NCBI GenBank assembly: GCA_030141605.1 | Contig: JAQGDQ010000004.1 | Coordinates: forward strand, 992,001 to 1,056,000 | Length of the DNA stretch: 64,000 bases | Direction: 5' to 3' | DNA from: Tubiluchus corallicola | Lineage: Eukaryota; Animalia; Priapulida | Shown: positions 23,402 to 35,570 of the stretch, piece by piece | How positions within the stretch are numbered: the stretch's first letter is position 1 | Layout: the number at the start of each line of letters is the position of its first letter | The notes under the pieces: generated by a model | What the model was told of the DNA's origin: nothing | Seen by the model: the letters and a program-made list of their open reading frames with translations, nothing else | Database searches by the model: none | Made by a program: the position numbers and the translations under genes

Positions 23402-26087
23402 CTTACTGCTAAAGAACGATGAGCATAATTAGGAAAAACTGAGTTTTTTGTATATCAGATAACAACTAGGTCGCAGAATAACCCTTTTCCCGCAAAAGCT
23501 ATCAGCAAACACAAAAAGTGCACGTAACTAACTTATTAAAGTTCTTTAATTGTTGTTTACGGCACTGGCACTTTGAATGGAAATACCTCGATGTGGCTAA
23601 TAAAACTTGTCCTGAGAAAGTTGGCAGATTTTCCTCATATTGACGAAGTTTGTTGGTATTTAAGACCATTGCTGGCAGTCTGCATCGATTTCAGATGGGA
23701 ACCCGCGAGTCTCCCTGCATCTGTCCACAAGGCTTAGTTCAACGAGGGTAAATATTTAGCCATCTGCCTATAGACTTGCTCGCCCCGCGAGATCAATAAT
23801 CCCACCATCTCGCTGGACCCTTGGGATCGATATCCGCTAGCTCACTATAAATCCATCAATTATCGAACACGATGCTCGGTTTATTGCGTTGCGTGGCCGT
23901 GTCTTTGTTTCACAGCGATGAAGCCAAATATGTCGGAACCTATAACCATGGCTTCCTGTAAAAAGACATCTTTTATAAAAGAAATCACTGACTCTGCCGC
24001 AAACCGTTTGCTTGGTCTTATTTCCGTCAACATTACACGACAGACTTGAAGCGACACGGCTAAAATAAAAAAAGCAGACGACTTTAAAGAGAAAAATGAA
24101 CTTTCACGCTTTCGGTCCTCTTGTGTTTTCATTCCTTCTATAATGTTTTTAATTCTATATTTTGTTCGACTACATTTCGTTTCCGTATTCTATGTAAGCT
24201 CTATTACATTTTTGTGTACGTAGTCCGTTTCACTAACCGCGGTTCTATGATTTTTAACAATTTCATTCGGACCTACGTGACCGAGTTGAGTGTGTTCCGT
24301 TTTCTTCTTTGTTTTACACGACAAAATTATCTATCAGTGAAGCTGACTGTCTTTTCACAATTTATTTTTTGTGTAAAAAAGTCTCACGCATGCGCTATGG
24401 TGCAATGCGGAAATAAAAGAAGAAAACGCGGAAAAACATCACTGTGTTTGTGTCTAACAAGCTGAATATTTCATGGGCTATTATAACATGTAAGATAATG
24501 TGTTTGATCAGTTGTTGTTCATGTAACTAAACCAAACGTGCAGCGTGTTGGATTAGTATCGAGTTCGCACGGCGGCGACTAAATTGTTCCTCCTAATACT
24601 TGTTCAGCTTCCAAGCTGAGTTAATATTGTAGCTTATTAGACTGTTCCTAGACAAACACAGCACTTTGTAGCACACCTTGTTATGTGCGGTGATTAATGG
24701 CAAAGAAATACAATTTTTTACTTTGTTGAAAAACGTGTACGGATAGGGTTTCTCGAAAATTCTCTTTAGAAGCTTTGCAGGCTTCGGCTTCGGCTTCGGA
24801 TCATCTACTCATTCTACCTGATAAGAGAAATAAATGACGAAGTGTATCGCTTGCTAGTTTGCCCTGAAAATCCACCACTTTGCAAGAAGCCTTCTGTCCA
24901 AAACAGGGTGCCCTTTTCCCTTTCAAGAAACAAAATAAGTGAGCGCCGATGTACTTGACAAATATAACTATTTAAAGCATTATTAATGTTTAAATAAATT
25001 AGCTTTAAATAGTTGCCTGTCAGTCACAAACATATATATTGGCTTCTTATTGTTTTTGTTACTAAGAGCAATATATAATTTTAAATAGCAGGCATTGCTT
25101 AAAATAGATCATTACCGCTTAACTTATCGTTCCAAACGCTGCTGCCAAGTGAATGAATTTGTTTTTCATTTTGAACTCAATTTTTTAATTTTGAAAACTC
25201 AATAGTGTACAATGGATAGTAGGTTCGTGTAGACGTAATGCGCGAGTATGACCATTTTGGTGATAGGACAAAAAACTGCTCTAAAATACATGTATTTTAT
25301 GTACCAAGTATGTATGTTATGTAACGAGTACTTATGTAACAATTGGTTTTTAACAGTTCTCTTAAAGACATTCTCGTTGTTCTACTTTTAAATTTAAGTT
25401 TGTCCTGCAAACGGTGGATGTAGGAGCAAATCTAAATGAGACAGATAATGACGCATTTAAAATAGTTCATCGTAAGACAGTGAGTAATGAATAGAGCAGA
25501 ACCTTCAGAACCTTGTGTTGAAGACTAAGAAAAAACATTTCCTGACGATACATACGAGCGGCACAAAATAGCTAATAATGATGCTTTAATATAAGTTACA
25601 GCTGAATAAATAAACTAAGTTATAAATTGTGTTCTTCACAAATTTACACATTGTAAATCTGAATACTTAATCTTCAATTTGAAACCACCATATCGGAGTG
25701 ACACTACTCCAGCATATAATATCTACTTACTAACGTATAATTGTTCCAGGAAATACAAAGCAGGTGGGCATGACACAAGAAACAAGGTGGCTTTTACATT
25801 TGGATAAAATATGTCAAAATCAGTGATATGTTTAATCTTCAGCTAGTTGGGATTTAATTGAAAAAGTGCATTTAATTTGCGCAGGGAAGCCGTTTAAAAT
25901 ATTCGGTGTGATAATCGTAATTGAGTTTCGGCTTCATCTCAAACATTAAGTGCTTTAAATTGTTCAGCGTAGCAGCACTTCTGCCTAACTTACAAGAGAA
26001 ATCAAGTGGAAACGTTTTGCATTTGAATTTTAAAGTATCGTTTAAAATGCAGTTACCATGTTTTAATTTACTTATGTAAGCACGGGC

Positions 26088-26520
26088 TCTTTTCTTTCTT
26101 CCTCCTTTCCCTTCTTTTCCCTTCCCTTCCATTCCCTTCTCTGTCTTTCGCCTCCCTTCCCCTCTCTTTCCGTTCATTTCCACCCTTTCCCCTCCTTTCC
26201 TTTTCTTTACTTTCCTTTCGTTTCCTTCGTTTCCCCTCCGTTCTGTTCGGTGATGTTCTGCTCTCTTCTTTCATCTTCTCTTCTTTTCTCTTTTCTCCCA
26301 CCCTCCACTGCCCTGCCCTACCCTGTCCCGTCCTCTCCCCTCATCTCCTTTCTTCTCCTCTCTTTATCTCTGTCTACTCTGCTTTGCTGTTCTCTTCTCT
26401 CTTCCCTTCCCTTCTCTTCTCTTCTCTTACTTTCTCTTTACTTTACTTTACTTTTCTTTTTCACTTTTTTCGTCTTTCTTGCTGTTATTTTCTTTCTTTT
26501 CTGTTCTTTTCTTATTTCTT
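26088..26520. repeat. Polypyrimidine pentamer tract (TTCCC/TTCTC/TTTAC)
   Basis: Directly visible low complexity. Confidence 0.9.
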
Positions 26521-28341
26521 ATAAAGACAAATTCTTAGTCTATCGTAATGCATCAAAGAATAAACAGGTTTACTTTATTGACACAGTGATGATGGTGGCA
26601 TACAGAGAACGTTACGACATGTCATAAATTCTTAAATCATCATCACTTTGAGAATATGACATTTGTTACCCTATCCCCCGTGTGGTACATGCGGCAATTT
26701 GCCAAATAAGTATTAGAAGTCACTCAATAATGCACAGACAGAAGAAGTGACGTTCAGTGTTGCAGTGAAATTGATAGGGAGAAAATAGCTACGAAATCTC
26801 ACATATATTTACGCAGTACAGAAAGCCTTGGGGCTTTCTGACTAACTAACTACTAGTAACATGCACTAAAGCGACACTGAAGACCCAGAACCGTTGAGAC
26901 AGAAAACCGCGTCACAAGCATCTATGATTCATGTCGCCTAAAACAAGGTAAAGAAAGCAGGAAAGCAGCAGCAGCAGCCTGGCAAGTTTCTTCTGTGAAG
27001 CCAAACACGTGCATTTACGGTGCATAAATTATTAAAATAAACCATGCGCTTTTAAGATTAGTAGAAATTCAATATTATACACTGGAGGAAGCAGGTGGTA
27101 GATTACACCATTGAAGAACAAATCATGTTTTCGTGTAAGGAATACTAATAACATGGCGAAAAGTTCATTGAAGTGACAACACGTTGACATCACTAGTCTG
27201 ACAAGTCTTTTACCATTTTGAATTTCTGGAACACTTACTATCAGGAACTTAATGTCACTTACTTAAATAAAGCAGTGCTAATTATCATTTTAATAATAGC
27301 TAGTAAGAAAGCATTTCATTTGCAGGTGCAGAGAACAGAAACTTAGGTAGATATACATAAACTGACATCAAAGGTTAACGTTTTATGGGAATCCTATAAG
27401 CAGAAAATGATAATATCTGCGTGTAGGCAAAAAATTTTCTGAACTAGTAAATTGCTTTTTATTGGCTGAGCTTTATTTCTCGATATAACACTTTTTGTAA
27501 TTCCTAAATGAGTCAAGGATAGAAATGCTAAATAAAAAAAAAGAACAATGAAAATAAAACAAAATATTTGATCACATTTTATGTGACTAAATGAAAAATG
27601 AATAACACATTGCTATTGCGACATCCAAAACATGGGATGCTTTCAGAAAAGGAACATTCAGAATGTATTATTCGTTTTTTGCGTTGCAGGTTTTACTGAC
27701 GCACAAATTCCAATAGTTTTATATTTTCAAGAATATCAACCGTAAACGTGGTGTGTACAAATTATACATTTGCGTTTTGACTCTCGAGTGACCAGCGGAC
27801 ATCAAGATCATCAATTCTTTTCCTTAAGTGACATAAGCACTGAGGTTTTTGGAAGCATCTCATTTGAGTAGGAAGAGTGAGAAAGGCAGATTCAATTTTT
27901 GTCATGGTGCTAAAGTGTTGACGTGTTTTCAATAAGAACCGAAACTTTTGAAATCACCTTGTAGTAAGCAAGGGAGAGTGGGAAAGCGCCACAAGGCGTC
28001 GTACAGATTCATCTAATATTATGGACGCAACTGGCGCAGACTATTAATTACGGAAACACAATTTGATTGGAAACTGTGGCAGCTGAGACGGCAGTTTTTC
28101 CGCATCACTTGACAGAAGATGAGAGAAGCATTTAACTGACAAGAGAATTGCGTATACATTACACTCGGCGCACTGGTGCTCTTTATTAGATCGCTTTCTC
28201 TATAGGATGCGCTGCAAACTTGTAAAAACTTTGGTAAGCCAATCGAAAACCTGTATATTAGCGCAGAAACTTTAGTATTTACGACAACCTTGTTCTGTCA
28301 CACCTGTTACCAAACTGTCAGATAGCTCGTGATGGACTATA

Positions 28342-28666
28342 CTGAATTTTTGAAACCAAACTTAACCAAAAGTTTCAAGCAAAATCTTTTCGACCAAGCT
28401 AAGTTGTAAAAAGTTATCGTTTTGGGGTTCAGTCCATCCTTAACCAATAAACCTGAAACTAAGGTTGTAGATAGAAAATTAGCCTTTAGTTACGCATTCG
28501 CTATTGCAGACTCAAAATTAGTTGCAAAAAGTTTGTCTCAGTAATTTTTAATTATTTTAGAGAACAACGTTCGACTTGTAATCGAAAGATTTCTGGTTGA
28601 AAATCAGGCCCAGTTCCGATTTTCACTCTTACCTCCTTTTGGTTAAGTTTGCTTTGGAAAATTCAG
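28342..28666. mobile_element. MITE with ~31-bp imperfect TIRs and TA flanks (Tc1/mariner-type target site)
   Basis: TA|CTGAATTTTTGAAACCAAACTTAACCAAAAG ... CTTTTGGTTAAGTTTGCTTTGGAAAATTCAG|TA. Confidence 0.8.
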
Positions 28667-28880
28667 TAACTGAGAGTTTATTTCATAATTAGCAAATAAT
28701 CATGGAATTTAAAATTATATATAATCAATTATTTAAGGTACACCTGCATTAGAAAACAAAGCAAATCAATAGGATTGCCGGAAACTGGATCAGAAGAAAA
28801 CTTGACTGTATTTGGTTATAAAGTGTGAAGTTTGTTATAAGTTCCAGCAACGTTTAGGACAAAAGAATAGAAATTGTAGC

Positions 28881-28911
28881 AAGAGTAGATTCAAAACGGG
28901 AGAAGAAAAGG

Positions 28912-28966
<55 letters not shown>

Positions 28967-29190
28967 ATAGTGAAAGAAAAAATGGAAAACAGAAAAGCGG
29001 GGGAAAAGAGAATGAAAAGAGAAAAGCAAAGCAAACGAAAAAAGTGAAATGGAAGAAAAAAGAAGAAGAGAGAAGGAGAGGAAAGGGAAGGAAAAGGAAA
29101 GGAAGGAAAGAGAGGAAAAGGAGAGGAGAGGAAAGAAGAGAAGCAATCGAAAGAAAATGGAAGGGAAGAAAAGAGAAGAGAAAAGGAAGT
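28881..29190. repeat. (GA)n and purine pentamer tract starting with a 20-bp sequence also found at 35551-35570
   Basis: Directly visible; AAGAGTAGATTCAAAACGGG precedes the tract. Confidence 0.9.
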
Positions 29191-29302
29191 ATGTTGAGTA
29201 ACGTTAAGAAGCCAAATAAACATGTAAAAACGGAATGCGAGAAACTTGTAACTAAACAACACTTTGAATCTAAGGCTCGAAACTGATTATTAGCGCACTT
29301 AC

Positions 29303-29501
29303 CTCCTTCCTTGCGTACTTCCACAGCAAAGCTTCCAGAATATCGCCTTCTGTTCATCAAGTTGAGAAGGCTGATAGTTGCGCTGTCTTTCTTGGTTTCT
29401 TCTGCTGTCTCGTTCTGGCCGTTGGTCCGGCTGCTGGATGTGGTTGCTGATGAACTACTGTTCATTGTGTCCGCCGGAGGACGCTGTGTTTCGTCTTTCA
29501 T
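29303..29501 (-). CDS. Candidate first coding exon of an unidentified gene (exon 29543-29303; MKDETQRPP...RRRYSGSFAVEVRKEG)
   Basis: Acceptor TATCTTTCAG| before 29543, in-frame TAA upstream of the ATG at 29501, 66 open codons that are GC-richer than the flanks, and a consensus donor GAG|GTAAGT (phase 1). No homology recognised. Confidence 0.5.
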
Positions 29502-29619
29502 AACCCTCGCAAGTCACGAGGTTTAGCGAGAATGGAGTTGTCTCTGAAAGATACCGGAAATTCCGATTTTTTCTAATGTGAGCTTTAATTTCTCATTTCA
29601 TAATTTTATGCAAAAGGGT

Positions 29620-29740
29620 TACTTTTACTTTTACCATTATTTTACCTTTATTTTTGTTATTGTCATTATCTTTATCCTTATCTTCATCTTCATATTCATC
29701 TTTACTTTTATTTTTACCTTAATTTCCATTTTTATCTGTA
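29620..29740. repeat. Degenerate hexamer tract (TTTTAC/TCTTTA/TCTTCA)
   Basis: Visible 6-bp periodicity. Confidence 0.7.
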
Positions 29741-32529
29741 CACTTCTGATCAAGTAAATGAAACTATAAAAATAATCATACAAGCAAAATAATTAAGCAA
29801 GCCTGGCCACAATTCTTGACTTGACTGTTAGTATTAGTGGTGTGGGCACGAACTAAGAACAGAGTACTTGTCGTGTAGGCCTACTACAAACTAATCTTCA
29901 TAGTAGTGCACACTCCAAATTAATCGTCAAACTGTCATTCCATTTACTTTCAATTACGCAACGGACTATTTGAAAGTTTCTAATTCGACAAATTTGATTG
30001 ACAACAAATTATGAAAAATGGAGAGCAAAGCAACCTCACTGCTCTCCACTTCCAAATACGGGCAACTCTGTAGCTGGCAACTTATAATATATCTCGACAG
30101 CAGTGTAAACTTTCCACATCTGTACATGCTGCCCATTTTGATTGGTTGGTTATTCCTACTATTGATATTGGCAACCTCATATGCCAACACCTGTCGACCA
30201 GTAACATACACCTTTCTCAATTTTTCATATCATTAAACCAGGTGAACAAGGCCGCACATGCAATTGTGCTTCGATTGCCCATGCAAGTTTTTGTCTGAAA
30301 CACATGTTTCATTTATACGTGAGCCAGTGTAAATATCAACAGTTTTGCACCTGTAACATCTGCAAATTAAAAGGGTTGCGAGGCACACATGGATTAGCAG
30401 AATATCTTATATCGCCTGCCTGGCCACTCGTGCATGCGCACTAGGACACACTCAAATAATTTATTATTTCGGAAATCATTTAGTTAATTTTAGCAATTGT
30501 TTGCCACCTACAGAGCAATTGGGCTCAAAGACAGGGCTCGTATCTCGGCTTAAATGTGACAAATTAGTTCCTAAACTGCACATTAGCACAGGAACGCCCC
30601 CCAAAATTAAATGCAAACAATTTAGGCTATTATTGTGCTGTTATATCATTGATTATTTATGCCGCATTACCTATTATGTGGTTAAAATGTAAGATTTAGC
30701 GCCTGTTATCGAGCAAAGCAAAATAAGTATGAAACTGACTGGAATGTTCGCGCACTGTTGATTGTAAGTTTAATTCCGCCTGCTTTCTAACACGTTTTTG
30801 TTGGACCTTTCTTACTAATTTGAGTTCTGCTTTACATGTATCAAAACAGCAGTTACTGAATCACTTAGTTATTTGTAAATATTATATGTAATTAAATTTT
30901 AGGATGAAATGAAAATTGTAAATAAACATGTCATTAAACGGTTTTAACGACGTTTAACAACAAAAGCAAAACCACTCAACACTATTCTTTTTTTAAAGTA
31001 ATATAATATATTTTTTCGTTCAAGAATGTCTGAGAATGGAAACAATAAAATTGAAACTTTATTACTGGTGTAACGCTATATTGCAAGTAAACATGCTTGT
31101 GTTAACCTCTCTGAATGAAAACTATAAACGCTATTATCTTTCCATTTCCAAAAGCCAAACTGGGCTAGTTGCTATTTAATTGTTCAAATTACACTAGCTT
31201 TTGGTCCTTAAAGTAATTAGTTTAATAACAGTAGCTCACAGAAATGGCTAAAAACATGCAGAAAGAGTAGGATACCTACGTCGTGCAGTATCTAATATTC
31301 TAATTCATAATGCTAAGTTCTATCTTAAAGTATCCCTACGACCTGACGTGGACTAGTCAATACTGCAATTGTATCAGGTTGGTCACTCACCAAGTTACCT
31401 TAACCTTTTGTCATTTGTCAGAATGGTAGGTTTCGATTTGCAACTCTGTTGTTTTTTGCTTTTCTGGCAGCTGCTGCATTAAGCGCTCGTTATCATTACT
31501 AATTTGGTAGATATTTTTAAAGATTCTTGCATTGATGGTTCCTAAGCATCGACAGCTTATTGGTAGCATTCGTTTTCTCCTGCTTCTTACAGATTTACAC
31601 TGGACATTACTGAACGCAGAACAGCTGCGTAATAATTCTTTCTGAACATTAAAATCTCGCCTGATAAGAACGCGCTAATTACCACATGTCACTAGCAAAT
31701 TAATACATGAATTGTACTTCTCCAGATAAAAATTTTTATTTTCACTTTTTTGTAGCGTTTTACCCTGAATGTGTGAAATGAAATGCTTGAGTGATCTTCG
31801 TGGCGATTTATATTCATAAGCGCAAACAATAACTACAATAGCTATATCAAAGCTTGAGCATCATAAAAGTGTATTAGCATTTTACAAACAAATTTACAAT
31901 TTAAATATGTATTTGCTGCCCTACCTGTACTGAAGCCAAACAAGGTTTCGGTGATTTACGTGATTTAAATCATGAAGGTGTGATGACTCGTGTAGTGCAA
32001 TGCCAACACGTTTCTCTGCTCAAATCACAATGTGTATAAAGATAGTAAGATAGTAGCATACGAGCGCAGAAACTGACGATATATATGAGAGAGAGCACAT
32101 GTCCAACATTAAATCAATATGGAAGCCCAGACCGTCTGCGCAAAACCCGCGAATCACAATCACAGATAACAAGTCGCTGCAGTACTAGTAAATACCAGTA
32201 ATGTTGTAGTTTTTCGTGTTAACTTACTTTGGCAAATGAGTAAGAAATAAGTAAAGTTTGTACGGGTTATCTCGTTAACTATAATTATCAGGTAATAAAA
32301 ACCCTCTTTTATTTTATACCTGTAGTAAAGTCATTTTGTGAAGACGGAGAGGTGGGTCACAAAAATAAAATTGCCTCAGTATTTTTCAAAAATGCTTTAT
32401 TTCAGCAATTCAGAGTAGTAGGCAATATGCGTATATGTACAACGCATGTACTACCAAGATTTCAATTAAAAACTCCAACGCAAACATATCGAAAATTCCT
32501 GCTATATAATATTATCTGCGTTGTGGCAT

Positions 32530-33270
32530 GTTGTCCCGTTGGTCAAGACCCTTTCACCTTTCTCATGAATGAAGTTGTCATTTCTGTGCCTTCAATCTCA
32601 TGAACTCAGCCTGTATAGCATTTGACAGTCTTCTTCCGTTTGAATCCAACAACAATGTAGTGTACAACCCGGACGGACTCGATGGACTGGTTCACAATGT
32701 CGTCATCAGGTCAGACAAGCGCACTATGTCACTAATTGTGTCACTGGCCTCATTCACACAATTACCCATGTCATTGCCCATGGTTGAGTCCATGTCATCA
32801 TCAGTGTCATCGTTGCTTTCCTCACTTGTCTCACCTCGATTTCTGCCAGATAGTTTTTTGCAGTCCTCAAGACCTCTGCTCTTTCTGCGGGTTGCCGACG
32901 TACTTCCTTTTCTTCCTCTCAGCTGCTGCAGGTTCCTTAGCCTCTTTGACAGGTATGTCTGTGAAAATTTCACTTTCGCTTGGCGGCTCCTACCCTGCGA
33001 TGTGCCAATCGACTAAAAGGCCAAATTGTCTTATTGAATGATACCTATATACCTGTTTTCTTGAACTCCAATTCCGCTTTTTGGCATGCAAAATCGACTG
33101 GCATGCTACGAAGCAGCCGCAATAAGAACAGCTTTAATCTTGTAGCAGTAGCTTCTCGCGCGCTTTCTGCACGTGCTGATGACGTAATCTAGTGGAATCT
33201 TCCGTCACTTTCCAAGTTATGAGTTTGTAACTTGTTACCCCTCAGACTTTTAGCCCCCTCCTCCCCTATG
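32530..33270 (-). mobile_element. Fossil pogo/Tigger-like transposase C-terminal region, probably internally deleted
   Basis: Minus-strand peptides FKKTGI*VSFN (FxxTGIxPFN), SEIFTDIPVKE..ERKKRK, an acidic patch, then HYIVVGFKRKKTVKCYTG*VHEIEGTEMTTSFMRK, in the order typical of pogo-like transposase tails. Contains stops and frameshifts. G-rich putative end TAGGGGAGGAGGGGGC near 33268. Confidence 0.65.
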
Positions 33271-33728
33271 AATCGTATGTATTTATACGTACTGGTCGCT
33301 GCTTTAACTGTGAGACCAGTTAATTTTATGTTCTTTTCTACCTGCTACGTGTCTTGAATGTCTGTAACTTCCATTTATACCGAAATTACGACATTAAAAT
33401 CTTTAATTGGCTTATCAATTCTGTGTGCAGCAGCAGCAAGTGTTTATGTCTAGTACGTATCTACGTGTACCTTTGCGATACTTATTTTTTTCTAAAGTTA
33501 TGATTGTAAAGTTACCGGTTTTACACAACAATCCAAATAATATTTTTTAAATTGTACATAACGACCATTCTGGTATTAACTCATTGGCTTCCAGGTACGT
33601 CCATTGCCCAATGCGCACGCGCGTTCAATCCGACTTTCATGAGTGTTGAGTAGTCAAGTTGACAGCTGCACCCTGGAGACCAATGTCAGAAATTAGGAGC
33701 TTTTTACACCCCATTAAGTAGGCTGTTA

Positions 33729-33953
33729 ATGAGGCTAGCTGAACCACCTGAACCCGCTGACTGGGCTCAGCTTGCGCTAAGAAAGACTGCTGAATTTAAT
33801 ATCGGACATGCACTTGATGACATTCACGTTCTTACTGAAGAGCAGCTGAGAACCCTTGAACGCATACTCAAGAGCAACAACAAAAGCAAAGAAAGTCCTC
33901 ATCAAAAAGAAGCGCTTGCCTTTGAATCTGTGGAGACATTATTTGCAGGATAA
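33729..33953 (+). other. 74-aa ORF with protein-like composition and weak similarity to homeodomain helices 1-2
   Basis: VLTEEQLRTLERIL...SPHQKEALA; no helix-3 WFxNxR before the stop. Confidence 0.25.
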
Positions 33954-34899
33954 ACTTGCTTCAATGCTCTCTAGTTAAATTTTAATGCGTCACGATTATG
34001 GATTTTAGACTAGTAAAATGAATTCTTTACGTTGTTTGTGTAGTCATTTAAAATTTAAAAACGATTAATAATCCAAAACAAGCCATCGCCTTTCGTTTTA
34101 ATTATTATTATTATTATTATTGTCAACTTAAAAGCTTAATCTGATATAAAGCACCCAATGGATTTGTTTCAACAAATATTTTTCAGAAGCATCAAACTTC
34201 ATTATTATACTGTTATGATACGTACTGTGCTTGTTATAAATTTTTATATATTGTATATAATAATTATATTATTAGCTGACTTACCCCTAAAAATCGCAAA
34301 AAACGTTTTTGATGTTTTCCTATATCCAGATACTACAAGAAAACACCAAAAAAACGTTTTCTTGCAAGTCTTAGGCTTGGACTATTTTTTCAATTAAATA
34401 TTGACCCTACTATACAGCCTATAATTATGATGGGAAATTTAATGTATGCATCTCTTTGCAGTTTTTCTTAATTGAAAAAGCGCAAAATGTTGCGACGTGT
34501 GAAGGTTACTCATACGTTCTTTACAGTCAACTTTTAAAATGATCGTCAATAAAATGCAGAAGCAATCTAGAATTAATACAGATCAAAGTCCAGAAGCGTT
34601 GACGTTGATAGAATATTAAACCACAGAACTTTCCTGGAGGTATTGAGATTCAACAAGGGTGACGTCATTGTTGTATTAACAGCGGACACTTCTGCACATC
34701 TGTGCATCAGATTCATCCTAATCAAATTTAGAATCATCTGACGGGATGCAATAACAAATGTGCACATTCATCAAAAATGCAATTCGGACTTGCCATCTCT
34801 TGTGCAAAATTATGCAGCAGCTGAGAGAATATCAAGACAACAGCGTCTGTAGCTAATTGTATGAACAAGCTTATTACGCTAAAATTTGCATAGACAGTG

Positions 34900-35335
34900 T
34901 TTATATTATCATCTGAATAATACTTTCTAATGGATATTTCTAAACCGATACCTTTGATATGATTTTAACATGGATCACTGATTATAATTGTAGAGGATGA
35001 CCACTGTGCATGTCCGGTATTAATTCAAGTGCACGCCCGATATAAAATCAGCTAGATTCTATGAACTCAGTTTGTACGCCATCCGTTATTTCTTGACAAC
35101 TTTGGTAATTATCTCTTCTCAAGTGCTAAGTGCCTAGTAGTGATTATGTCCTCTTTGTGTATTTAAAATTGTCAGCTGGTAGTCTTCCTTCAAAAATTTG
35201 TATATGTTTATACATGTGACTATATGTGTTTTTTGATTGTATGTACATATGTATTTGATTGTTATTTTCTTTTATTTGTTTCTACTGATATCTTTACATG
35301 AGGTCAATAAAATTGAATAAAACAAATAAATATCT
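34900..35335 (+). mobile_element. Possible decayed LINE 3' end
   Basis: Weak LW..L-like remnant, then a T/G-rich UTR-like stretch ending in repeated AATAAA (CAATAAAATTGAATAAAACAAATAAA). Confidence 0.3.
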
Positions 35336-35354
35336 ATACACAGAGGCCATGGCA

Positions 35355-35570
<216 letters not shown>

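Noticed and set aside
24680-24803. TGA readthrough or selenocysteine in the 24817 exon (frame stays open: SEAEAEACK...)
   Set aside because: No readthrough context or SECIS recognised; the open stretch is short and partly a GCCGAA repeat.
28349-28362. Minus-strand GTT TGG TTT CAA (VWFQ) as homeobox helix 3
   Set aside because: In-frame stop immediately upstream, no NRR, and it lies within a MITE TIR.
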